Shown one piece after another: positions 1-9,800 of a DNA stretch of 64,000 nt; within the stretch, counting starts at the first letter, position 1; each line of letters begins with the position of its first letter. The stretch is taken from positions 1 through 64,000 of the IMG/VR virus record IMGVR_UViG_3300032046_005540; one strand, given 5' to 3'. The position numbers and the translations under genes are program-made. The notes under the pieces were generated by a model. That model worked only from the letters and a program-made list of their open reading frames with translations, had not been told where the DNA came from and did not search any database. The stretch comes from a virus.

Positions 1-2787
1 GGAATTATCTGGTAATATTGCTGCATCTATTGGTAATATTATAGTTTTCTTACCTCCAATAATATTTCCACCGACTTGTAAATTATTCTGAACTCTTAAA
101 GACTTTAAAATACTTCCAGAACTATCTGCTAATATATTACCTTTAACTTCTAAATTTCCCCCTATTAATTCATTATTTTGAACTCTTAAAGATTTTAATA
201 CACTTCCTGAAGTTAATGCTTGAACATAACCATTCACAATAGCATTACTTCTTACACTTAAAGTTCCACCTACTGTTTCATTATTCTGAACTCTTAAGGA
301 TTTTAAAACTGAACCAGAACTATCTGCTAATATATTACCTTTAACTTCTAAATTTCCCCCTATTAATTCATTATTTTGAACTCTTAAAGATTTTAATACA
401 GAACCGGAACTATCAACATTAATCTTCTTACTAAACTCAAATTGACTATTTGTCCCATTCCAAATAAGAGTTTCAAATCCAGAGAGATATTTAAAGAAAG
501 ATATAACTGCATTTTGATTTACTTGTGCACAATTTATCCCTAACTCATAATCAACAGATAAATTTCCTGTTGTATTTACATCATCACTAAATACAAATTC
601 TTCCGCAATTATATCCCATTTCAAATTTTCAAAACTACCAGTTGATTTTCCAAAATACAAAAAAGCATCTGCGTCAGTATTATCAGAATTTATATAAATA
701 TTTCCACCAACCTTTGCAGATCCTTTAACTTCTAAATTTCCCCCTATTAATTCATTATTTTGAACTCTTAAAGATTTTAATACACTTCCTGAAGTTAATG
801 CTTGAACATAACCATTCACAATAGCATTACTTCTTACACTTAAAGTTCCACCTACTGTTTCATTATTCTGAACTCTTAAGGATTTTAAAACTGAACCAGA
901 ACTTGCTACGGTAATAAGACCTTCAACTCTAACATCCTCTTGTGCAGTAATTATTCCAGGAGTGATTTGTAATAATTGCGGGTATCCTATAAATCCAAGA
1001 TTTAATATTCCATCTTCATTATAAATTTGACCATTAGGATAAGCGTAAAGTCCTATATCTTTAAAATATAAATAATTATCTGCTGTAATGTCTCCTTTAA
1101 CTTCTAAATTATCTTCTACTTCTAAACTACCACCTATTTGTTCATTATTTTGAACTCGAAGAGATTTAAGAACACTACCTGAAGCCGAAACAGTAATTGC
1201 AACATCTGTTTCTGCACCTCTTTCACAAACATCATCTAAAGTATCCGTAGTAACAATATTACCAATAATATTTCCACCAACTTGAAGATCATTTACAATG
1301 TTTAAAGATTTAAGAACAGAGCCAGAACTATCAACTAAAATATTACCTTTAACTTCTAAATTATCTCCTATTAATTCATTATTTTGAACTCTTAAAGATT
1401 TAAGAACTGAACCAGAAGCTTCTATAATAATAGCTTTATCAAACCAAAAACTATCAAGTCCATAATCATATCTCATTTCTGCTCTATGGGCAGCGACAGT
1501 TCCATCAAAATATATTGGAGCATCCTCGTCTCCACTTGTCCAATCACTATTAACTTGGACATTTTCTCTTGCTCTAATAGGACCTCCAGCAATAGTATCC
1601 GTTCCAGCATCTATAGCCTGAGTTTTTAAATCTTTATTAAATTCAAATCTTGTATTTCCAACAGAATACAAAAGTGTTGCATTACTCGAACCACTATTAA
1701 ATAAATTTAAAACCCTAAAATATTGATTATTATTATTATAACTACATTGCAATGTTGTTTCAGGAATATAATAAGAATTATCTTCATCAAAAATTATTTG
1801 GCCAGAACTAAAAGAATTTAAAATTGAAACATTTTGAATAATTACATTACTACTACCCCCATGAATATATACAGCAGCAAAAGCTTCAATTGACCCCGAA
1901 CATGCCCCATCTACATAATGATTATGTACATCAATACCATCTGAATTATAAATATCTACTCCGTAATAACAACCTTCTGTATGACACCCAAATAAAGCAT
2001 TAGGCCCAGTATCTTTAAAATGAAACCCAGCATAAGTTGTATTCCATTCTGCTGTGCAATTATAAAAATGAACACTTTCAGATCCGCTTTCAATAAAAAA
2101 CTGATCTTTTCCATTATGATGAGACCACACATTTATAATAGGAAATGCAGAACATTCAGAAAAATGCAATCCCTCTTCTGCACAATAAGATACTATTAAA
2201 TCTTTAATAGTTGATCCAACATATACATTATCAAAATATATTCCTTTACCAGAAGTATTATTATCTTTATTTCCATTTAAGGTAAATCCCTCTAAATGAA
2301 TATAATGAGACGTGGCTTCAATCATATTACAATTAGAACTGTCAGCTAATTTTATCGTAGAACACTCTACACCATATCCTATCAATGCTTTTTTAGAACT
2401 AACTGTTATAGTAGATGAAATTTCTGTAGTTCCTCTTGGAACTATTACAATTCCTCCAGTAGCAGGAAGAGCATCTAAAGCATCTTGAATTGAAGCATAA
2501 TGCTCTGCATACACTACATGCTCAATCTTCTTACTAAATAAATCATCCCCAACCTGTAAATCAGTAGGAATGAGTAATGAAGTAACTATAGAACCAGAAG
2601 CATTGACGGTAATTGCATTAGTTGTTGAGGCACCTTGAGCACAAACTTGATCTAAAGTTGTTGAGTGTGGATTTAAGGATGAACTACTATGTGTTATAAG
2701 ACCAACCTTTAAAAAATCGAAGTTTTCACGAATTGGCTGACTATTTAATGAACCTGATGTTTGAGGATACCCAGGATTCCAAATCAT
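1..2787 (-). CDS. Tail fibre/tailspike-like protein with pectate-lyase-like beta-helix and ~30-aa tandem repeats (runs off the left edge; absent from the ORF track)
   Basis: ATG at 2787 overlaps the upstream TGA (ATGA). Hand translation of the start gives MIWNPGYPQTSGSLNSQPIRENFDFLK...YASIQDALDALPATGGIVIVPRG...IGYG...TIKLADSSNCNMI, a typical start of a pectate-lyase-type beta-helix. The same frame is open at position 1 and carries repeats of SSGSVLKSLRVQNNELIGGNLEVKGNILAD. Confidence 0.75.
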   Translation of the reverse strand, partial: MIWNPGYPQTSGSLNSQPIRENFDFLKVGLITHSSSSLNPHSTTLDQVCAQGASTTNAITVNASGSIVTSLLIPTDLQVGDDLFSKKIEHVVYAEHYASIQDALDALPATGGIVIVPRGTTEISSTITVSSKKALIGYGVECSTIKLADSSNCNMIEATSHYIHLEGFTLNGNKDNNTSGKGIYFDNVYVGSTIKDLIVSYCAEEGLHFSECSAFPIINVWSHHNGKDQFFIESGSESVHFYNCTAEWNTTYAGFHFKDTGPNALFGCHTEGCYYGVDIYNSDGIDVHNHYVDGACSGSIEAFAAVYIHGGSSNVIIQNVSILNSFSSGQIIFDEDNSYYIPETTLQCSYNNNNQYFRVLNLFNSGSSNATLLYSVGNTRFEFNKDLKTQAIDAGTDTIAGGPIRARENVQVNSDWTSGDEDAPIYFDGTVAAHRAEMRYDYGLDSFWFDKAIIIEASGSVLKSLRVQNNELIGDNLEVKGNILVDSSGSVLKSLNIVNDLQVGGNIIGNIVTTDTLDDVCERGAETDVAITVSASGSVLKSLRVQNNEQIGGSLEVEDNLEVKGDITADNYLYFKDIGLYAYPNGQIYNEDGILNLGFIGYPQLLQITPGIITAQEDVRVEGLITVASSGSVLKSLRVQNNETVGGTLSVRSNAIVNGYVQALTSGSVLKSLRVQNNELIGGNLEVKGSAKVGGNIYINSDNTDADAFLYFGKSTGSFENLKWDIIAEEFVFSDDVNTTGNLSVDYELGINCAQVNQNAVISFFKYLSGFETLIWNGTNSQFEFSKKINVDSSGSVLKSLRVQNNELIGGNLEVKGNILADSSGSVLKSLRVQNNETVGGTLSVRSNAIVNGYVQALTSGSVLKSLRVQNNELIGGNLEVKGNILADSSGSILKSLRVQNNLQVGGNIIGGKKTIILPIDAAILPDNS
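140..903. repeat. Exact 182-bp direct repeat (140-321 = 722-903) within the tail fibre repeat region
   Basis: Direct comparison of the two segments; offset 582 bp keeps the frame. Confidence 0.85.
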
Positions 2788-3575
2788 ATTTTATAAATCT
2801 CCTTCAAAATTTGTTCTTTTACAATTTCCGCATTTTTTAAAATATCACTTTCCCAAAATCTTAAAAGAATAAAATTGCTATCCTTTGCTAACTTTGTATT
2901 TCTAATATCTCTTTGGCGTTGTTTTAATTGCATAGTGTTTAATTTTTGAAATTTCTTTGGATTACTATGAAAGTAATCTCCATCAACTTCTATTAAAATG
3001 TTAGTATTTACAATACGAAAATCATATAAATGATTTTTTAAACGAAATTGGTGTTCAAAAACAATATTTAGTTCATTTAGTATTTTCTTCATTTCTAATT
3101 CAGGTTTAGTATCAATAAAAGGACCAGGATTATTTTTGATTCGAAGTAAAGCACTTTTACTCATTTTTTCTTTTGTTTTTTTAGAACGATATTTTCCTCT
3201 ATTCTTATCTCCTATTTTTCTCTTATGTTCTTCAGAACAAGGTATGTGTTTACCAAACATAAAATTTTTTTCTCCTTTATGCGATTTACTCATGACTTTT
3301 CTTACTTCTAATCTTTTAGCAGGGTTCTTTTCACCACACATTTCACCCCTAATAACTGAATTATTTTGTTTTTGGAGTTGTTTACAAGATTCAGTATTAT
3401 GAGCTTCTTTTGGAGATCTTAATTCTCCACAATTTCTAAAAATAATATTTCTAATAACTGATTTACTACAACTCCACTTTTTTGCCAAAATAATAGTACT
3501 TGGGTTTTCATCAGAAAAATATTCGGCACAAATTTCAATTTCTTGTTTTTCAGAAAATTTTCTTTTTCTACTCAC
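2784..3575 (-). CDS. Free-standing homing endonuclease: HTH + NUMOD3 + Vsr/DUF559-like PD-(D/E)xK nuclease
   Basis: [14 protein letters not shown]3-type motifs; C-terminal TKPELEMK...YDF...LIEVDGDYFH...LLRFWESDI. Confidence 0.8.
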   Translation of the reverse strand: MSRKRKFSEKQEIEICAEYFSDENPSTIILAKKWSCSKSVIRNIIFRNCGELRSPKEAHNTESCKQLQKQNNSVIRGEMCGEKNPAKRLEVRKVMSKSHKGEKNFMFGKHIPCSEEHKRKIGDKNRGKYRSKKTKEKMSKSALLRIKNNPGPFIDTKPELEMKKILNELNIVFEHQFRLKNHLYDFRIVNTNILIEVDGDYFHSNPKKFQKLNTMQLKQRQRDIRNTKLAKDSNFILLRFWESDILKNAEIVKEQILKEIYKI

Positions 3576-3591
3576 TATTATCCTTTTTTTA

Positions 3592-3909
3592 TTAAAAAAG
3601 TCCTATAAATTTTGATACCATAACCCATAAATATTTAATGCTTTCGGGATTAAGTAAAATACTGGCAATCGTTAAAGTACCTAGCACGAGGAACAACTTT
3701 GTATATTTTTTCTCAACATATTCATGGTGCAGATTATGTTTCTCAAATTTCTGATCCACGCATTCTTTCATATCTTTAAATTTTTCATCTAATTTATTAT
3801 GTAATTTTTCAATACTTTCTTTGGTTTCATCCACAGTTCTTACTAAATAATTAGTGCGCTCTTCAACCATCCCTTTCCAATAGTCTACTTTAGCAGATTT
3901 CTTCTTCAT
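3592..3909 (-). CDS. Coiled-coil protein with C-terminal transmembrane segment (holin/XhlA-like architecture)
   Basis: AGGAG RBS precedes ATG at 3909 (track start 3945 is probably too long); hydrophobic LFLVLGTLTIASILL segment. Confidence 0.45.
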   Translation of the reverse strand: MKKKSAKVDYWKGMVEERTNYLVRTVDETKESIEKLHNKLDEKFKDMKECVDQKFEKHNLHHEYVEKKYTKLFLVLGTLTIASILLNPESIKYLWVMVSKFIGLF

Positions 3910-3917
3910 AAACACTC

Positions 3918-4247
3918 CTATCCCATAAATTTTCCAAAAATACAAATAGATGAACTCGGTTCGTTAGTCAAGTATTCAATAGGAAGCCTAATCGTTATTG
4001 GATGAGTTAGAATATCTGGCTCTAACATAGGAGATGCGTTGGTCGTATAATAAATTACATTTCCATATTTATCTCTCAAAGTTAAAAAATCTCCCCCAGT
4101 CCCACTCCATAGGACTGCCTGGAAATCCACAATATGATCTGTATCTTCCACAAGTCCAAATCTTGTCCAGGATCCAGAAACTGTAGCAGTAACTTTGTTA
4201 TCATCATCCGCAAAATTTTGATACATTTTACGAGCGAAATATGTCAT
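3918..4247 (-). CDS. Hypothetical virion-associated protein
   Basis: 109-aa ORF with GAGG RBS in the structural operon. Confidence 0.5.
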   Translation of the reverse strand: MTYFARKMYQNFADDDNKVTATVSGSWTRFGLVEDTDHIVDFQAVLWSGTGGDFLTLRDKYGNVIYYTTNASPMLEPDILTHPITIRLPIEYLTNEPSSSICIFGKFMG

Positions 4248-4306
4248 TTACACCTCTCATAGTTAAAAATCTATTTTATGTTAATTATTTTCAATTTATT
4301 AATTTC

Positions 4307-4915
4307 TTACTCTTCCTCAGTTACCGTCTTTTTTTGTAAATCAACCTTAATTTTATTTTCCTCCACTGGTTTCTTTCCTTTTTTTACAGCTTTCCAATTC
4401 ATAATTTCTTTCCCATCAACTCTAACTGTATTTATTTTAGGAATATCAACTTTACCTTTACTTATAACAACATCAGTTTCAAATTCTTCTTTTTGACTTT
4501 TAAGTAATTCTTCTTTTTCTTCTAATTTTTTACGTTTTTGATTATCAGCAGCATCTTTGATTAAAGTTTGAGTAGATTCTGGAATTTCAATTTCATATTC
4601 ATAATCAGATTTCCTCCCTTTATTTTTCTTCTCAACTATTTTAACCTTCGCAGAAAAAGGATTTTGGGAAACCTTCATATCTGGAATCTTTATTTTTGGT
4701 TCAGACTTTTTTGGCAGTATTTGACCTTTAAAAGCAACTACCCAACCCTGTCTAAATGCTTCTCTTAAACTTTCAGATTGCTGAATTTCCTCTTTAGTAA
4801 AATATTCAAGCAAATTAACAGGCTCAAAAGAGGTTAATTTAATTCCTCTTTTTCCAATATCAACAGAAGCAGAATAACCAGGAGCCGCAACCACTTTACT
4901 AGGAATTCTTTTCAT
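4307..4915 (-). CDS. Hypothetical protein downstream of major capsid
   Basis: 202-aa ORF with AGGAGG RBS. Confidence 0.6.
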   Translation of the reverse strand: MKRIPSKVVAAPGYSASVDIGKRGIKLTSFEPVNLLEYFTKEEIQQSESLREAFRQGWVVAFKGQILPKKSEPKIKIPDMKVSQNPFSAKVKIVEKKNKGRKSDYEYEIEIPESTQTLIKDAADNQKRKKLEEKEELLKSQKEEFETDVVISKGKVDIPKINTVRVDGKEIMNWKAVKKGKKPVEENKIKVDLQKKTVTEEE

Positions 4916-4941
4916 TTTACTCCTCCTTACATTAATAAGTT

Positions 4942-5178
4942 TTACTTTGTTTCTAACTCTTTAACTATTTCATTTATCTCATTCCAAGCCTCAGAAGTAT
5001 AATCTTTTACTGCTCTTTTAAAAGAAGTTGATTGCTGTTCAGTTACTAAAGCAGTTTCTGCAAGAGTATATAATCTTGCTCGCAACTTCTCCATAATTTT
5101 ATTTAACTTTTCAGTAGATTCAGAAAAAGGACCCTCAAACCTTTTATCTGTATCTAATTCATCTTTTCGTTTTATCAT
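4942..5178 (-). CDS. Small helical hypothetical protein
   Basis: 78-aa ORF with GAGG RBS. Confidence 0.55.
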   Translation of the reverse strand: MIKRKDELDTDKRFEGPFSESTEKLNKIMEKLRARLYTLAETALVTEQQSTSFKRAVKDYTSEAWNEINEIVKELETK

Positions 5179-5195
5179 CTATACCTCTCTTTTTT

Positions 5196-5237
5196 AATAA
5201 AAGATAGAGGCGAAGTCCTATTTCACCTTCTATCTTT
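5196..5237 (-). terminator. Probable intrinsic terminator or stabilising hairpin after the major capsid gene
   Basis: Minus strand AAAGATAGAAGGTGAA-ataggac-TTCGCCTCTATCTTT followed by TATT. Confidence 0.6.
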
Positions 5238-5250
5238 CATTTTCAACTAA

Positions 5251-6240
5251 TTAAGTACCACACGGACAAATTACTCTACCTGTGAAGGTTCCTTTAGCAA
5301 CTGAATTTGCATTTACAAACAACATTCCGATTTCTTCATAACCAACATAAGCAATCAAAGCACGCTTAGGTTCATCATCCGGCATCAAAATCAAGTCAGT
5401 TCTAATTGGAAACACTCCAGTAAATCGAGGCTCGGATAAACAATAAACTGTCATATCAGGAACCAAACGAGAAACTATAATATCAATTCCCCAAATGTTA
5501 GCCATTAAACCAGTTTGCATAATTTCTCTTTGAGTCACTGGATCTACATCATCTCTCTGCCAAGACCTAATATGTGAATAAGAATCCATATTCATTAAGA
5601 ATGCATAAGCAGGAAGGTCATGAACTTGAACCACTGCAGCTAATTCATTTAGAAAATCCTTATTTAAACCTGTAGTACTAGTTGTAATTGGATTGTTAGC
5701 AACGTTAGCTAAAACTGTAGCATTTGCCAATGCTAAAAACTGAGTATCCTCTTCCAATTGAACATGAATACGAATCTTCTCCTGCATACGATCCAAAACA
5801 TTAAACCTTCTCTGTTGAATTTCAGACAACCTAATTCCCTCTGGAGCAAAAATCTCCCAAGTTTTAGGCTCAACATACTCTCCCTCAACGATAAAATCTA
5901 TAACTTCTCCACGTTTTGCAACAGTAGTTGCAAACCCCAAAATGTCTTTGTCATAACGTGCGATTTGTCCTTGAGCGAGTACATCGATCTCAAAAAATCT
6001 ACGACACATTCCTTGATAATCTAACTGCGTTCGGATTGGTATCGCCATTTGAGCTCCTAAAGCCTGCCTTCCAGCTTCTGTTTGAAGCAAATTCCAAATC
6101 TCTTCAGTTTCATCTGCTTCATTATGAAGATTGTAAGGATCAATAGTTTTGTAGTCAGCATCTGCTCTTACTGCAAAACCTCCTCTCGGAGCTTCCTTCC
6201 TAAATCCAGGCGGATACGCACTTGCATTTTTCTTTACCAT
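5251..6240 (-). CDS. Major capsid protein (HK97 fold)
   Basis: 329 aa in the canonical protease-decoration-capsid order. The pattern LGAQMAIPIRTQLDYQG...EG..VEP.TWEI...FNVLDR.Q......EED and GLMANIWGIDIIVSRLVP...G.FPIR.D...YEEIGM resembles, from memory, the capsid family of Bxz1-like large myoviruses. Very strong AGGAGGTG RBS. Confidence 0.88.
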   Translation of the reverse strand: MVKKNASAYPPGFRKEAPRGGFAVRADADYKTIDPYNLHNEADETEEIWNLLQTEAGRQALGAQMAIPIRTQLDYQGMCRRFFEIDVLAQGQIARYDKDILGFATTVAKRGEVIDFIVEGEYVEPKTWEIFAPEGIRLSEIQQRRFNVLDRMQEKIRIHVQLEEDTQFLALANATVLANVANNPITTSTTGLNKDFLNELAAVVQVHDLPAYAFLMNMDSYSHIRSWQRDDVDPVTQREIMQTGLMANIWGIDIIVSRLVPDMTVYCLSEPRFTGVFPIRTDLILMPDDEPKRALIAYVGYEEIGMLFVNANSVAKGTFTGRVICPCGT

Positions 6241-6835
6241 TAAAATTTCACCTCCTAAATAATTTAACGATTAACGATTTAACGATTATCCAAACAAAAT
6301 GAGTCTCAAGGTGTAATTATTACCTACCGAAGGTACCTGAATTACAAATCCAGCAGGCCTGTTTGCACTACCCGAAGTAGAAGCAGAAAGCTTACCACTT
6401 GCGTTAGTCCAGAGTAAATCCATAGGTGTGCTAGCTTCAACCGAAGCTTTCTCATATGCAAGATAAGAAGAATTAACAGTTCCAGCGGCTGCTTCTGCAG
6501 AATGATCAATTTGAAAAGCACAATGACCATGCAAAACAGTAGCTTTCATCGCAGCGGGCGGTTGAGCGAGTTCAGTATCATCATCCATTACAATACCATA
6601 AATCTGCTCCCCATTAACAGTACACAAAATACCATAGGTAGGATCTGTAGGATCCAATTTAAAACACTGCCCAGGAATCCAAGTAAAGCTTGGAGTCCAT
6701 CCCATGATTCCCGAGGAACCTGAAGAAAAAGTCCCAGCTATCTTTAGAGAATCTTCCCAACCAAAATATCCTGCTCTTGTTACTTTAGCCATTAAAATTT
6801 CACCTCCTAAAAACGATTAAACGATTAACGATTTA
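6237..6835 (-). promoter_or_regulatory. Duplicated translation-initiation regions (6237-6287 and 6789-6833): three AATCGTT repeats followed by TTTAGGAGGTGAAATTTTAATGG
   Basis: 23-nt identity across RBS and start codon; three heptamer copies precede each. Confidence 0.7.
6286..6792 (-). CDS. Head decoration/cement protein (putative)
   Basis: 168 aa, small-residue rich, between scaffold and MCP; DLLWTNASGKL...AGFVIQVP matches the end of beta-tulip decoration proteins. Confidence 0.65.
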   Translation of the reverse strand: MAKVTRAGYFGWEDSLKIAGTFSSGSSGIMGWTPSFTWIPGQCFKLDPTDPTYGILCTVNGEQIYGIVMDDDTELAQPPAAMKATVLHGHCAFQIDHSAEAAAGTVNSSYLAYEKASVEASTPMDLLWTNASGKLSASTSGSANRPAGFVIQVPSVGNNYTLRLILFG

Positions 6836-9800
6836 CCTTTTGTAGTAATGAACCTTAGGGGCATATTCAATTCCTTTCTTTCTCAAAGTGTTTTCAATAG
6901 TAGTAAATCTACCTGAAAAATCAGGAACACGATTAGTACTTTCTAAATCTGCAGTAGCTTTATGAAGTTGAGGAACTACACTTGCTTTCTTCCTAATTCT
7001 TTCTTTTACATCTGCAGTTAATTCTTCTTCTGTAGTTTCCTCTTCTACTATTGCAGGTCTTTCAAATCTTGACTTTTCTTGAACTGGAGGAATTACCTCT
7101 CCTTCCTCAGTTAAACCTATATCTGCTTTCTTTGAAAGTTTTGCAGCACTTTCCACATCGTCTTTCATATTATCAAGTTTTAATTGATCTGGATGCTTTC
7201 CTTCTTTTTCATCTCTAACAGATTCTGTTGCATCATATACGATTCCACTATTAACATTTTCAGCTTCTGGAATTTGATAAGCTTTTAAAGCTTTTGCATT
7301 TACTACTGGAAGAACATTTAAAGTATCCTCAACTGCTTTAAAACCCCTATCATCAAGTTCCGAATACTCTTGAGCTTTCTCAGTAACGGAATCTGTATCA
7401 AAAGGAATTACTCCAGCTGCGGCTGCTTTTCGTGCTAAATCAACAGCCCTCTTTGCAAGAGCTTCAGCAATTCGATCCTCTTCTAAAGCTTTAACTTTCT
7501 TTCTTAGATTTTCATTTTCTTTCACAATTGCAGCTACCTTTGCTTTTGTAAGTTCTCCCGCATATCCAGAATCGCCAAAAGCTTCTGTAAAATACTTCTT
7601 ATCTCCAGCAACTTTAGGAGCATCAACAGCTTCAACTCCTGGACGGGCTTTTCCAGAATCCTTTTCTCCTTCATGAGAATCATATAATCCTTTAGGAATG
7701 GTTGTAATTTCTCTTCCTTCAAAAGGAGCAGCTGTTTTTCTCTTTTTTGAAGCATATGAAGGAGTATATTTCTCAGAAACAGATTCTTCTACAGCCTCAG
7801 AGACTCCTAATCGTTCCGCAACTCTATCAATAAGAGATTCCAACGCTCCTATAACTACTTCTTGTTGTGGAGTTACTTCCGCATATCCTTTTTCATAATT
7901 ATAATCCTCTCGAAGATCATCTAATATCTGAGCAAGTTTATTTTGATCATTCCAAGCACCCCGTACAAGACGATCCCACTCTCCTGCAGATTTCTTAGCT
8001 GTTTTTCTTACTACTTTTACCCAACTTCCAAACATTTCCCTACGAACATCATCAAGACCTTTGCTTGAAACAGTTTTCAATATCAATAGTTTGTAAGAAT
8101 TTGAACAGAACTTTTTAAAATTCTCTTCTGTTAAATTATCATTACCAGCAACATCTGCAAAAGTAGATTTCATTGCAAAATTACTTCCTTCTTTTGTTAC
8201 TAACCAATAGGCATCTCCTCTTTTTTCTCTATTAATAAACAACTTTGCAACCACTCCAGTTAACAAATCTACTCTTCCTTCTGGAGTATCAAACTCGGTT
8301 CTCTTTTCTTTTCCTTTCATCTTTTCATACTCTTGGTTAAATCCCTTCCAAGTAGATAACTCTTTAGCAACCGGAGGTTCTCCATAATCTCCAGGATCTC
8401 TTGCTCCAGTAGGCGGGAACGAAGTAGCCTCTTTATCAAACATTTGACGTAACTGATCTGATGCTTTCTTAATACTATTAGCACCAGCGATAACATCTTC
8501 TATTTTTTTCGCCACATTCTCACCTCCTTCGCCTTTTTCTTTAAATTTTTCTTCTTCTTTAGGTTTCTCAAACTCTTTTTCTTTTCCAAATTCTTTTTCT
8601 TTTGGTTTCTCAACCTTCTCCAGATTTTTTATAGTATCTGTAATAATTTTCTCAGCCTCTTCTACTGCTTCCTGAGCATCTTCAATAACAGGTTTTGCCT
8701 CTCTAAGAGCTTCCTCTACTGCAAATTGTAAATGTCTTCCATATCTTTTATTACCTTTCAAAACACTTGCAAGAGGTTTTTCTGCTTCCCCTTCAAGTTT
8801 CTCTTCAACCTTTTCAAGATCTTCATGAACCTCTTTTAAATCTGTAATAGCGTTTTGTAAAACCTCCTTTACATTCTCGGGTTTCTTTTCTTCAACCTTT
8901 TCACCTGGTTTAAGCTCAGGCTTTTTTTCTCCTTCAGGTTTTTCTTCTTTTCTCTCAAAACCTTCTTCCTTTGGTTTTTCTCCCGGTTCTCTTTCTCCTC
9001 CTTTTTCTTCTCTTTTTCTCTCCATATATTCTTTTAATCCTGGAGGAAGTTCTCCTGTTAATTTCTTAAGAGTAGCTTCTACTTGAAGTTTCAACTCTTG
9101 AACTGCTTTCTTTGTATCTCTTACTACTTTAGCAGCAGAAACTTCATCTTTAAGAAAAATAACGCCAGGAGAACGTGATTCTTTCTCCTTCTCAACCATT
9201 TTATCTCCTTTCTCTGACATTCCTTTCCAACTTTTTATTTCTGTTTTTTCAATATCAATTCCTTCATCTTTTATATCTTCTGCAGTCGAAGGAAGACCAT
9301 CGTAAACTGCTGTTTTTGCTGTTACCAGCTCGGCATCAAATTCTTCCAAACGCTTCTTAACACGATCAATAAGAGATAATAACCCTCCTATACGTATTTC
9401 TTCTTCTGGAAAATTCTTTCCCAAATCTTTTATATATTCATAAGTTTCTTGAAGATCTTTTAATATTTGAGTAAGGTCACCAAAATTATTCCAAGCACCT
9501 TTTATAAGGTTTAACCATTCTCCAAAAGATTTTGAACCTAACATTCCAGCTGTTTTCATAAACATATTAGCTAACACAAACTCTTTCATATCTTCTACAG
9601 TTGGAGGAAGACTCCTGTAAACGGCTTTCTTTTTTTCAACCATACCTTTTTCTCCTTCTTCTATATTTTTTATTTCTTTTTTTTCTAATTTATATTCTCT
9701 TGGAACAACTTTATATTTAGTTTGAAGCATTTTTACCCAATCGTTAATAACACGAAGTTTCTTTTCATCGCCTCCTGCCTGTTCATACATATTATCAACT

